Source of the DNA: Acaryochloris thomasi RCC1774 | GTDB lineage: Bacteria > Cyanobacteriota > Cyanobacteriia > Thermosynechococcales > Thermosynechococcaceae | NCBI RefSeq assembly: GCF_003231495.1 | Contig: NZ_PQWO01000005.1 | Coordinates: 30,001 to 62,000, forward strand | Direction of reading: 5' to 3' | Length of the DNA: 32,000 nucleotides | Part shown: piece after piece, positions 1 through 8,239 of the stretch | How positions within the stretch are numbered: the stretch's first letter is position 1 | How the letters are laid out: each line of letters opens with the position of its first letter | Notes under the pieces: model-generated | Databases searched by the model: none | Told to the model about the DNA's origin: nothing | The model's input: the letters and a program-made list of their open reading frames with translations, nothing else | Program-made: the position numbers and the translations under genes

Positions 1-65
1 TTATTTTATTTTATGCATTGACCTAAGGCTATGAATCAGTATTTCAGTTCACCAAAGACCGTGAT

Positions 66-467
66 TCAGCCCATCAGCAAAACAGTATCAATGCAGTGGA
101 TGATGCCGTTGTCTACTTCAATATCAGGGGCAATGACGGTGGCATTTTTAACCTCAAATCCATCTGAAATATGGATGGGGAGTGGCGAACCTTCTACAGA
201 GGTCAGTTCACCGAGATCTTGCAGATCTTCCTGGCTATAAGTGCCAGAAACAACGTGGTAGGTGAGGATGCGGCCCAGTTGCGGTAGGTTCTGCAGTAGG
301 GTTTGAATAGTTCCAGGCGGTAGCTTTTCAAATGCGCTGTCTACAGGAGCAAAGACAGTGAAGGGGCCTGGGCTTTGCAGGGTTTCCACTAGGCCCGCTG
401 CGCTGACGGCGGCAACGAGGGTTTTGAAGTTGGGAGATGCGATCGCAGTTTCGACAATATCTGCCAT
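66..467 (-). CDS. cupS: Fasciclin (FAS1) domain protein, probable CupS subunit of NDH-1MS
   Basis: The 133-aa ORF carries the classic FAS1 motifs [15 protein letters not shown] and [12 protein letters not shown]. It is the last gene of the ndhF3-ndhD3-cupA cluster on the same strand. That is the position held by the roughly 134-aa fasciclin/MPB70-like CupS (sll1735) in Synechocystis, recalled from memory. Confidence 0.7.
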   Translation of the reverse strand: MADIVETAIASPNFKTLVAAVSAAGLVETLQSPGPFTVFAPVDSAFEKLPPGTIQTLLQNLPQLGRILTYHVVSGTYSQEDLQDLGELTSVEGSPLPIHISDGFEVKNATVIAPDIEVDNGIIHCIDTVLLMG

Positions 468-510
468 TGAAGATTTTCCTTATAGGTGAGAAATATCAAA
501 AACTCTACAT

Positions 511-543
511 TGGCCCCCCCGGCCCCCCAATTCTGGGGGGAGA
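511..543 (+). repeat. 33-nt C6/G6 hairpin repeat, copy 1 (TGGCCCCCCCGGCCCCCCAATTCTGGGGGGAGA)
   Basis: This copy is identical to 1974-2006 and matches the reverse complement of 2424-2456 at 31/33 positions. It contains a CCCCCC-AATTCT-GGGGGG stem-loop. It lies in the cupA-cupS spacer. Confidence 0.9.
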
Positions 544-559
544 GAAGCATAGGCTGGGG

Positions 560-1858
560 CTAGCGATATTGAGCTGTTTGAATGTCTCTAAGGCGGGCTT
601 CAGACCGCTTGAAACGATCCATTTGCGCTTCAAAAAACGCGCGGTTGGCCTCTAGATGCTTGGGGTTCGGATCATCAAGGGGATACAGCAGCGCACACCG
701 TAGCGCCTGAATAACAGCGGAGGTAACGGTGTACATCGATCGCTGAAAGCTAATACCCAACTGAATCAGGGTATCGTCGTCGCCGCGACAGTGCTGCTGA
801 TAGTAGTCCACCAGATAGTCGGGCAAGAAATGGAGCATATCCTGCATGAGCTGGGTGGGAGGAATCCCAGCGGTGCCAACGGGGAAAACATCGGCGTATA
901 AAATGCCGTAGTGAAACTCTTTTTGCTGCTCGGGAACTTGCCCCACCTGAGCGTTATAAGATTTCGTGCCCCGAAACGGAGAGGTGCGGTAGAAAATGGC
1001 TTCCACGTAGGGAAGTGCGGCTTCGTAGAGCCACATGAAGCCTTTTGATTTAGGGATGATTTCGTAGCACTCGCCTCGGATGTATACATGGTGATAGATG
1101 GGACGACCTGCGATCTCAAAGATCCCATTCACCAAAAAGTCCATCGCCTCTGGCACGGTGGTGAGTTTGCTTTCATCGTATAAATCAGACATCTCAAAGA
1201 ACACTGGGGCCATCACCTCCCAGAACAGACCCAAATTTGAGTAGTACGACATCTGCCGACACTGCTCTAAAAACATCTCTGGGAAGAGCTTATAGAGGCC
1301 CAACATAACAGGGTTGCGAGCGAAGAAAGCGCGAATCGCTTGGTCCGCATTGGCTCGATATTCGTCAGTATCGAGAAACGCATCGAACTGACCCATGCCC
1401 ATATCTCGACCGTGCCAGAGCATCGCTCGCATACAGGACTCAGCGAACTCCATATTGATGCGATCGTGCCAGAGGTGGTGGAGCAGCTTCGGCATTTTCC
1501 GGGTTTCGCCGGATTCCATGAAAGCCAGCAGCTCAGGATGGGCGGTGGCTTCTCCACGCCAGACTCGAAGGTCGGCCCCCTCCCCTGCATAGTGGTTGGG
1601 CAGATCGAGGTAGGACTGCGGCAGAAAGTATTTGAAGAAGGGGAGCGGTTCTAGAAAAACGTGCTCAGCAATGTAGAGCAGATCGCGCCAATAGAAATCC
1701 ATTGGCACAGCATAGGCTTTGTAGAGACCGATAATCTGCATCAGGTTCGCGGGAGAGTCAGGCAGCATTGCGCCCCCTGCTTCAAGGCGATGGACAACCT
1801 CAGCAAACTCATGGTTTGAGGGTGGCAGAGTAGCGGGTGGCGATGCGGCTTGAGTCAT
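560..1858 (-). CDS. cupA: CO2 hydration protein CupA (ChpY) of the NDH-1MS complex
   Basis: The 432-aa ORF has ChpX/ChpY-type sequence (for example LPFFKYFLP and YWRDLLYIAEHVF). Its size fits CupA rather than the shorter CupB. It lies downstream of ndhF3/ndhD3. Confidence 0.85.
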   Translation of the reverse strand: MTQAASPPATLPPSNHEFAEVVHRLEAGGAMLPDSPANLMQIIGLYKAYAVPMDFYWRDLLYIAEHVFLEPLPFFKYFLPQSYLDLPNHYAGEGADLRVWRGEATAHPELLAFMESGETRKMPKLLHHLWHDRINMEFAESCMRAMLWHGRDMGMGQFDAFLDTDEYRANADQAIRAFFARNPVMLGLYKLFPEMFLEQCRQMSYYSNLGLFWEVMAPVFFEMSDLYDESKLTTVPEAMDFLVNGIFEIAGRPIYHHVYIRGECYEIIPKSKGFMWLYEAALPYVEAIFYRTSPFRGTKSYNAQVGQVPEQQKEFHYGILYADVFPVGTAGIPPTQLMQDMLHFLPDYLVDYYQQHCRGDDDTLIQLGISFQRSMYTVTSAVIQALRCALLYPLDDPNPKHLEANRAFFEAQMDRFKRSEARLRDIQTAQYR

Positions 1859-1973
1859 GGTGTTTGTTAAGTGTGGATCTCAAATTTGAGGTAGAAGTTT
1901 TGACTTGGTGTTCGTTCCTTTAGAGCGATTGTTGTATATACATAGGCTGGGATAGGACTTTTGGGCTTTGCAC

Positions 1974-2006
1974 TGGCCCCCCCGGCCCCCCAATTCTGGG
2001 GGGAGA
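1974..2006 (+). repeat. 33-nt C6/G6 hairpin repeat, copy 2
   Basis: This is an exact 33/33 copy of 511-543. It ends 6 nt from the stop codon of the DUF559 ORF. Confidence 0.9.
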
Positions 2007-2012
2007 TTGTCT

Positions 2013-2408
2013 TTATTGGGTTGATGCTTGGTTGTGAATAGTCGCTAAGACCGTCTGGAGATTTTGCTCTACGGCTTTATTGCTAAAGCGGATTACTGTG
2101 TAGCCGTACCTTTCTAAATGCTCAGTTCGGGCTTCGTCATAATCCTGTTGCTGTTGATGAACCCCGCCATCAATTTCTACGACTAGTTGGCAAGAGGGGC
2201 AGTAAAAGTCGACGATGAAACGACCAATGGGATGCTGACAGCGAAATCGAAGCCCACCTAGTTTCCGATTTTTTAGAGCCTGCCATAACTTAGCCTCTGC
2301 TGGCGTGAGTCTGTTTCGCAGGCGACGAGCTGCAAGCTCAGTCTCTGGCGTCGTACCGCGAATCCTGTCGTAAGACTTATCCATCAAAAGCTGAGTTTCC
2401 ATTACCAT
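2013..2408 (-). CDS. DUF559 domain protein (Vsr-like PD-(D/E)xK endonuclease fold)
   Basis: The 131-aa ORF shows the typical DUF559 pattern: TPAEAKLWQALKNRKLGGLRFRCQHPIGRFIVDFYCPSCQLVVEIDGGVH...RTEHLERYGYTVIRFSNKAV. Confidence 0.85.
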   Translation of the reverse strand: MVMETQLLMDKSYDRIRGTTPETELAARRLRNRLTPAEAKLWQALKNRKLGGLRFRCQHPIGRFIVDFYCPSCQLVVEIDGGVHQQQQDYDEARTEHLERYGYTVIRFSNKAVEQNLQTVLATIHNQASTQ

Positions 2409-2419
2409 GAGACCTTCCG

Positions 2420-4039
2420 CTATTCTCCCCCCAGAATTGGGGGGCTGGGGGGGCTAAGCGCAATACTTCGAGAATCCTCTAATTGAATTGCATGAGCCGA
2501 GGTCGCCAGCGCAATACTCTGAGCATCCACTACCGAACCTCTGCTGTCCAACCCACGACTAGGAATCTCAGCCACAACACCCACCTGCGGCACCGCAGCA
2601 ACGATCGCATCTGCCGTATTCTCGCTCCAGCGCGTCAACCACATCGGCTGCAGTCCCAAAATCAAGATCATGACCGTGAGAATCAATGCTGGGGCGCGTT
2701 CTGGCACTGTCACTTTAGGATAGTAAGCCGTTTGACTATCCAAACGACCAAAGCAGGTGCGATTAATCAAAATCACGAAATATACCGCCGTCAAACCCGA
2801 AGCAATAATGCACAGCAGCGTCGGTATCGGGAAACGCGCGAAGCTGCCTTGAAAGACCATGTACTCAGCAATAAAGCCTACGAGTCCCGGAATTCCAGCA
2901 CTCGCCATGCCCGCGACCACTAGCAATGCACTCACCATCGGTAAGCCTCGCACGGGGTTCATAAGACCGTTTAGTTTGTTCAAATCGCGGGTGCCCACTT
3001 TCGTTTCCACCAGGCCAAGGAGGTGAAACAACAGGGCCAGAATTAAACCGTGGCTGACCATTTGTGCGATCGCACCCGTCAAGCTCAAGGTGTTGCCCGC
3101 CGCCGCCGCCACCAGAATGTAGCCCATGTGCCCAATCGAACTGTAGGCCACCATACGCTTGACGTCGGACTGTGCGATCGCACTTAACGCCCCATACATA
3201 ACGCTAAACGTTCCAATCGCGGCTAAGCCGGGAGCGACCAAATCCCATGCTTCTGGGAAAAGCTGCAGACAAAATCGAATCAGCCCGTAAGTTCCTAGTT
3301 TCGCCAACACCCCCCCCAACAAGATGGCAATAGGCGGGGAAGCTTCAACATACACATCCGGTTGCCAAGTATGCAGAGGAACAAGCGGCGTCTTGATGCC
3401 GAACCCCACCAGCAAGATCGTCAGCAAGACTAGCTGCAGATTTCGCGGAATTGTGGTGGTATCGAGATCGATGTATTCAAAACTAGTGCTGCCGCTCAAC
3501 CAAGTCAGGCCCAAAAAGCCCAGCAAGATCAGGATGCCGGAGAGTGCCGTGTATAAAAGGAACTTCGTGGCTGCATATGATTTTTGCTCACCGCCCCAGA
3601 TTGATACCAGCAGATAAAAGGGAATCAGCTCTAGCTCGTAGAACAAAAAGAAGAGCAGCAAGTTCTGCGCCAGCAAAGACCCAGCCACGCCAATATTGAC
3701 GATAAAAATAAGCGAATAGTACAGCTTCGGACGCTCTAGCTCCGCAGGGCTACTATAGATCGCAATCCAGGTGAGGACACTGCTCAACATCAGCAGCGGC
3801 AGCGATAACCCATCCACCGCCAGCGAATAGTTGAGACCCAAATCAGGCAGCCAAGCCAAGACAGTTGTGAGCTGCAGCCCTGAGACAGCAGTTTGAAACT
3901 GGCTCAAGACATAAACGGTCCAGACCAACAACAGACCCGCAATCCACAGGGCAAGCTGCTTAATGTGCTGAGCCTGAGGCCAAGCAATAATCAGCAATGC
4001 ACCAGCCAAGGGAATTAGAAGTAGAGTGCTTAGCGTCAT
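2420..4039 (-). CDS. ndhD3: NAD(P)H-quinone oxidoreductase subunit D3 (NdhD3, NuoM-like antiporter subunit)
   Basis: The 539-aa polytopic ORF is of the NuoM/NdhD type. It sits between ndhF3 and cupA. The C-terminal roughly 40 aa are hydrophilic and the frame ends inside repeat copy 3. Confidence 0.85.
   Translation of the reverse strand: MTLSTLLLIPLAGALLIIAWPQAQHIKQLALWIAGLLLVWTVYVLSQFQTAVSGLQLTTVLAWLPDLGLNYSLAVDGLSLPLLMLSSVLTWIAIYSSPAELERPKLYYSLIFIVNIGVAGSLLAQNLLLFFLFYELELIPFYLLVSIWGGEQKSYAATKFLLYTALSGILILLGFLGLTWLSGSTSFEYIDLDTTTIPRNLQLVLLTILLVGFGIKTPLVPLHTWQPDVYVEASPPIAILLGGVLAKLGTYGLIRFCLQLFPEAWDLVAPGLAAIGTFSVMYGALSAIAQSDVKRMVAYSSIGHMGYILVAAAAGNTLSLTGAIAQMVSHGLILALLFHLLGLVETKVGTRDLNKLNGLMNPVRGLPMVSALLVVAGMASAGIPGLVGFIAEYMVFQGSFARFPIPTLLCIIASGLTAVYFVILINRTCFGRLDSQTAYYPKVTVPERAPALILTVMILILGLQPMWLTRWSENTADAIVAAVPQVGVVAEIPSRGLDSRGSVVDAQSIALATSAHAIQLEDSRSIALSPPSPPILGGE
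2424..2456 (-). repeat. 33-nt C6/G6 hairpin repeat, copy 3 (inverted orientation)
   Basis: The reverse complement, TAGCCCCCCCAGCCCCCCAATTCTGGGGGGAGA, matches copies 1 and 2 at 31/33 positions. It lies 15 nt upstream of the DUF559 start. It encodes the last 11 codons (SPPSPPILGGE) of the ndhD3 ORF. Confidence 0.9.
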
Positions 4040-4126
4040 GGTTATCGCTTTTTATACATGGATTTATACATCGACAGAAAAAGACAGCTATGAATTTTGA
4101 GTTCTCAAAGGCTGAGCATGCAACGC

Positions 4127-5986
4127 CTACGACAGCAGTGGATAGGCCAACGCCAGAATCAAAAGAGTGACGCCAATTACAATCGACAGCAAGTAAAACT
4201 GTCCCGCTCCAGTGTTGTTGTACTTCAAAGTCTGTCCCCCAAAAAGCGTCGCCAGTCCCACGCCGTTAACGGCTCCATCAACGAAGATGCGGTCAAACCA
4301 GTTCACCAGACGCGAGACCTGATTCACAGCCAAGATAATGGTGCCGCGATAAATCTCAGCGGTGTATAAATCATTAGCAAACGCCTTCTGGAGCTGCGGC
4401 CAAAATAAGCGAATGGGGCGAGGCGTCAGCTTACCGATGTATAAAACACCACCGATGCCGCCGCCCAATAGACAGGACCAGAGCAGCAAAAGAACAAAAG
4501 GCTTTTCTAGCATTGCCCAGTCGGGCAGCGCTGACGCCTGATTTAAGATCATCGGCACATGAAGAACCACGCCTGATAAAACCGTCATCGGCACCACCAT
4601 CGGCCACAAAACCTCAGGAGATCGCGCCATCATTGCATGGGGCTGCCCCATGAATACCAAGCCAAACAAACGAGCCAAACTCAGCGTTGTCAAGGCGTTC
4701 ACCAACAGCACCACGCCCACCAATAGCGGATGATCAGTCCATAAATCAGTCAGAAGCCTGAGCAAAGCCCAAAAGCCACCCAGAGGTGGTAGCCCCACTA
4801 GACCCGCAGCCCCCACTAAAAACGCAAGGCCAGAGATCGGTCGTCGCGCCCAAACGCCACCCATTTGAGTCACGTCTTGGGTAATATTGCTCCAGATAAT
4901 CGTGCCGGTGCTCATGACCAGCAGCGCCATCGAAACGGCGTAAGTAAACATCAGCAGCAGGGCTGTATCGGTATGCCCAGTTCCCACTGCGATAAAGACA
5001 AGGCCCATGTAAGCGCTGACGCTGTAGGAGAGGGCGCGCTTGAGATCAATCTGTGCGATCGCAACCAAGGTAGCCCCAACAGCCGTCGTTGCCCCCACCC
5101 ATACCACTGCGGCAGAGGCAACAGGCGACAGCGCCAAAACCGGCTGCACCTTAATCAAGACCCAGGCTCCAGTACCAACCACCACCGCATTCCGCAAAAT
5201 ACTGGCGGGGAGCGGCCCCTCCATCGCTTCATCAAGCCACAGATGCAGCGGGAACTGCGCGCATTTGCCCAGCGGTCCTGACATCAACGCCAGTCCCAGC
5301 AGCGTTAAAGTCAATGGCGCGACGGAAGCCTGATCGGCCCAGGTCGCAAGATCTCCATAGTGCCAAGTACCGGCCAGCGGCCAGAGCGCCACCACCGCCA
5401 TCAGCAGAATCAGGTCACCCACCCGCTTGGTCAAGAAAGCATCTCTTGCGCCTGTGACCACCAGCGACTGATTAAACCAGATGCCCACCAGTAGATAGGT
5501 GCCCAACGTCAAAATCTCGAGAATGACGTAGCTAAAAAACAGTGAGTTGAAGAGCGCCAAAGCGCACATCCCAGCTTCAAACAGGCTGATGGAAGCGTAG
5601 AATCTAGCCCATCCCCAGTCCATCTCTAGATAGCCAACGGCATAGAGCTGCGCCAAGATATTGAGACCCGTTATGGTTGAGATCGCGCCTATCGTCTGAC
5701 TGGAATACTCCAGCGGCAAAATAAGCTGCAGATCAGACACCGTCAGCCAGTTTACCGAAATCTCCTGGGCGGGTTCTCCCCAAATGGCGGTCAACGCCAG
5801 CAAACTATGAACAAAGCCCACACCTGCCGTCACGATATTGATATATCCCGCCGGACGCGGCCCCGTTCGCCGAAACCCTGCCGGAGACCAAAAAACCGAC
5901 GCCATCCCGCTCAGCAGCGTATAGATCGGAATCCAGTAGACCGTACTGAGACTCGCTTGCTGAACCGACTCCAATGCTTGGGACAT
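4127..5986 (-). CDS. ndhF3: NAD(P)H-quinone oxidoreductase subunit F3 (NdhF3, NuoL-like)
   Basis: This is a polytopic NuoL/NdhF-type ORF and the first gene of the cluster. I chose the internal ATG at 5986 (MSQALESVQQ..., 619 aa) over the track start at 6079. The extra 31 aa look non-native, and about 615 aa is the usual NdhF3 length. Confidence 0.85.
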   Translation of the reverse strand: MSQALESVQQASLSTVYWIPIYTLLSGMASVFWSPAGFRRTGPRPAGYINIVTAGVGFVHSLLALTAIWGEPAQEISVNWLTVSDLQLILPLEYSSQTIGAISTITGLNILAQLYAVGYLEMDWGWARFYASISLFEAGMCALALFNSLFFSYVILEILTLGTYLLVGIWFNQSLVVTGARDAFLTKRVGDLILLMAVVALWPLAGTWHYGDLATWADQASVAPLTLTLLGLALMSGPLGKCAQFPLHLWLDEAMEGPLPASILRNAVVVGTGAWVLIKVQPVLALSPVASAAVVWVGATTAVGATLVAIAQIDLKRALSYSVSAYMGLVFIAVGTGHTDTALLLMFTYAVSMALLVMSTGTIIWSNITQDVTQMGGVWARRPISGLAFLVGAAGLVGLPPLGGFWALLRLLTDLWTDHPLLVGVVLLVNALTTLSLARLFGLVFMGQPHAMMARSPEVLWPMVVPMTVLSGVVLHVPMILNQASALPDWAMLEKPFVLLLLWSCLLGGGIGGVLYIGKLTPRPIRLFWPQLQKAFANDLYTAEIYRGTIILAVNQVSRLVNWFDRIFVDGAVNGVGLATLFGGQTLKYNNTGAGQFYLLSIVIGVTLLILALAYPLLS

Positions 5987-6099
5987 AGATTTTAAGGGGC
6001 AGACAGTGAAATTAAAACAGAATTGATAAAGACCGTTCAACGATCGGATACCACTCTCACCATAGAAACGAAAGAGCACAGACGAAGTTACTTAAAACT

Positions 6100-6330
6100 T
6101 CTTAACTATTCTCACGATAATAGAGTTCAGGCATTTATCAAAAGCACTATATTTTATTAAATGGATAGACTTAAGCCTACTTGACCGCATTATTGGATCT
6201 TTCCCGTAAATCCTTAAGTCCTTGCAGAAAGTAGCATACGACATAACCTTATCGGACTGCCAAAGTGCTTACATTGAGTAAAGACTATGTTTTTTGTCTA
6301 TCAATAGACTCTATCCTGTTAATAGGATCA
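6100..6330. promoter_or_regulatory. Divergent ndhF3 / LysR-regulator control region with clustered ATAG/CTAT half-sites
   Basis: This AT-rich spacer holds about 10 ATAG/CTAT tetramers. Examples are CTATT-N8-AATAG at 6105-6122 and the overlapping inverted repeats TCTATCAATAGACTCTATCCTGTTAATAGGA at 6296-6326. As I recall, NdhR/CcmR-type LTTRs are reported to bind ATAG/CTAT dyads. Confidence 0.4.
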
Positions 6331-6384
6331 AACCATTCTGATGTCTAAACCGTCACCCGAACGTAGAACAGAGATAGCGATTGT

Positions 6385-7299
6385 ATGCAACCCACACTTC
6401 ACCAGCTCAAAGTTTTTGAAACAGCAGCCCGCCATCAAAGCTTTACCCGTGCTGCGGAAGAACTGTTCCTCACCCAGCCCACGGTCTCAATTCAGATGAA
6501 GCAGTTGGCCCAGACGATAGGGCTACCCCTGTTTGAGAAGCTGGGGAAACAGCTCTTTTTAACGGAAGCGGGACAAGAGCTATTAGGCACCTGCCAAGAT
6601 ATTTTTGAACGGCTCGATCAGTACGAGATGCTCGTGGCCGATTTGCAGGGGATGGCGAAGGGCAGACTGCGGTTGGCGGCAGTCACCACCACCAAATACT
6701 TTGTGCCGCGCCTCTTGGGGCCTTTTTGCCAAGAATATCCCGGCATCGATGTCTCCCTTAAGGTTACGAACCACCGGCAACTTGAAGAGCGCATTGCCAA
6801 TAACCAGGACGATCTCTACATTTTAAGCCAGCCGCCGGAGCAGCTTAATTTACACGTACAGCCTTTTTTAGAGAATCCTTTAGTGGTTTTTTCCCCTGCG
6901 AATCATCCGCTAGCGCATAAAAAAGGGCTGTCCATTCAGTGTCTAAATGATGAACCCTTCATCACCAGAGAGGCAGGATCAGGAACTCGGAAAGCTGTTC
7001 AGGAGCTGTTTGGTGAACACAAGGTCTCCGTCAAGACTCGCCTGGAGTTAAGCAGCAACGAAGCCATTAAACAGGCGGTTGCGGGTGGTCTTGGTATTTC
7101 GGTCCTCTCCCGCCATACGCTGCACTCAGGTGATGATAAGGAGCTATCTATTTTAGATGTTGAACATTTTCCGATTCAGCGCCAGTGGTATGTCTGCTAC
7201 TTCATGGGCAAACAGCTTTCGGTGGTGGCAAGAACGTTCTTAGAGCATCTACTTAAAGTTAGTGAACAACTGGCTGTTCTCTACAAAAGTGGGACATAG
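6385..7299 (+). CDS. ccmR: LysR-type transcriptional regulator, CcmR/NdhR (RbcR/CmpR family)
   Basis: The 304-aa ORF has an N-terminal LTTR helix-turn-helix (LKVFETAARHQSFTRAAEELFLTQPTVSIQMKQLA). It is divergent from ndhF3, as ccmR is in Synechococcus PCC 7002. Confidence 0.65.
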   Translation: MQPTLHQLKVFETAARHQSFTRAAEELFLTQPTVSIQMKQLAQTIGLPLFEKLGKQLFLTEAGQELLGTCQDIFERLDQYEMLVADLQGMAKGRLRLAAVTTTKYFVPRLLGPFCQEYPGIDVSLKVTNHRQLEERIANNQDDLYILSQPPEQLNLHVQPFLENPLVVFSPANHPLAHKKGLSIQCLNDEPFITREAGSGTRKAVQELFGEHKVSVKTRLELSSNEAIKQAVAGGLGISVLSRHTLHSGDDKELSILDVEHFPIQRQWYVCYFMGKQLSVVARTFLEHLLKVSEQLAVLYKSGT

Positions 7300-7331
7300 C
7301 TGACCCACTCACCTTAGGTAGCTTCTTACAC

Positions 7332-8171
7332 TTAAGAGGCAACGGGGGTGAGCTGTCGTTCTAGCCATTCAATCAAGTCGGCCAGAATTTCTGGGTAGTT
7401 CAGGTCGATATAGAGATCGTGGTATGACTCTGGATAGAAATACCGCTCTTTGTTGGTAAACGTGACCCGTTCAAAAAATTTTTGGCTGCCTTCAGGAAGG
7501 GCGATGCGATCGCACCCTCCATGCATCATCAACAGCGGCGTCCGTAAATCACTGGCATGCTCTAGCAAGCCATCCGCCGTTTTGGCAAATTCCGTCACCA
7601 TACGCGCCGTCCCCTGATAGTGCCGCAGCGGATCGTCCAGCAAGGTCTTCATGACCGCCTGATCACGGCTACCGAGACAGGGATCTAAGCCTGACTTGAG
7701 GCTAAATCGAGGCCAGATGATCGACAAAACTTGTCCCAAAGCTCTCTGGAGCCGTGGGAGTGAGTTCTCAATCGGCAGGGCGCTGGCAATCACGCCCTGG
7801 AGTTCGTTTGGCATCTGCAAAACATAGTCCAAGACGATCATCGCTCCCAGGCTATGCCCCCATAAAAAGCACGGCGTTGCAGCCTGTTCTTCAGCCACTA
7901 ACTTGAGAAAGCAATCTAAATCTTGGCGAAATTCTGACCAGGAGTTAATGTAGGCCCGCTGTCCTGGTGAGCGTCCATGTCCTCGCAGATCAAAGGCATA
8001 GACAGCATAGCCCTGCGGCATCAAAGCCTTCACAAGATTGGTATGGCGATCGCTATGGGCACCGAGGCCGTGAACAGCCACCACAACGGCGCGCAGATCA
8101 AAGGGGTGCCAGGATTGATAGTAAAGGGGGAGGTCTCCAGCCCCTAAAAAGGTTCCTTCGTGGTGATCCAT
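7332..8171 (-). CDS. Alpha/beta hydrolase (lysophospholipase / monoacylglycerol lipase-like)
   Basis: The 279-aa ORF has the nucleophile elbow GHSLG. The spacing of HG...GHG...D...H is typical of this fold. Confidence 0.7.
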   Translation of the reverse strand: MDHHEGTFLGAGDLPLYYQSWHPFDLRAVVVAVHGLGAHSDRHTNLVKALMPQGYAVYAFDLRGHGRSPGQRAYINSWSEFRQDLDCFLKLVAEEQAATPCFLWGHSLGAMIVLDYVLQMPNELQGVIASALPIENSLPRLQRALGQVLSIIWPRFSLKSGLDPCLGSRDQAVMKTLLDDPLRHYQGTARMVTEFAKTADGLLEHASDLRTPLLMMHGGCDRIALPEGSQKFFERVTFTNKERYFYPESYHDLYIDLNYPEILADLIEWLERQLTPVAS

Positions 8172-8239
8172 ACAATTCCTGACGCCTATTTCGCTATCCT
8201 AACAGGAGCACTTTCGCCTCGTCGGGGCTTTGCCAAAAG

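Larger units (their letters stand above)
1974..2456 (-). mobile_element. Candidate minimal cassette: inverted 33-nt repeats flanking a DUF559 endonuclease-fold gene
   Basis: Inverted repeat copies at 1974-2006 and 2424-2456 bracket the single ORF 2013-2408. The unit is 483 bp long and interrupts an ndhD3-cupA junction that is usually short. No transposase is present and I found no target-site duplication. Confidence 0.35.

Noticed and set aside
2457-2528. A 21-nt imperfect direct repeat (AGCGCAATACT..GAG.ATCC) next to repeat copy 3, considered as a target-site duplication of the DUF559 cassette.
   Set aside because: Both copies lie on the same side of the cassette, and nothing similar flanks the other end (left of 1974). 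It is therefore not a target-site duplication, and I kept it only as a note under the ndhD3 C-terminus finding.
5987-6079. Longer N-terminal extensions offered by the ORF track for ndhF3 (to 6079), gyrA (to 13747), the transglutaminase gene (from 23555) and ORF 19728 (to 20375).
   Set aside because: In each case an internal ATG gives a native-looking N-terminus. Choosing it also removes the overlap with the upstream gene or produces an ATGA coupling.
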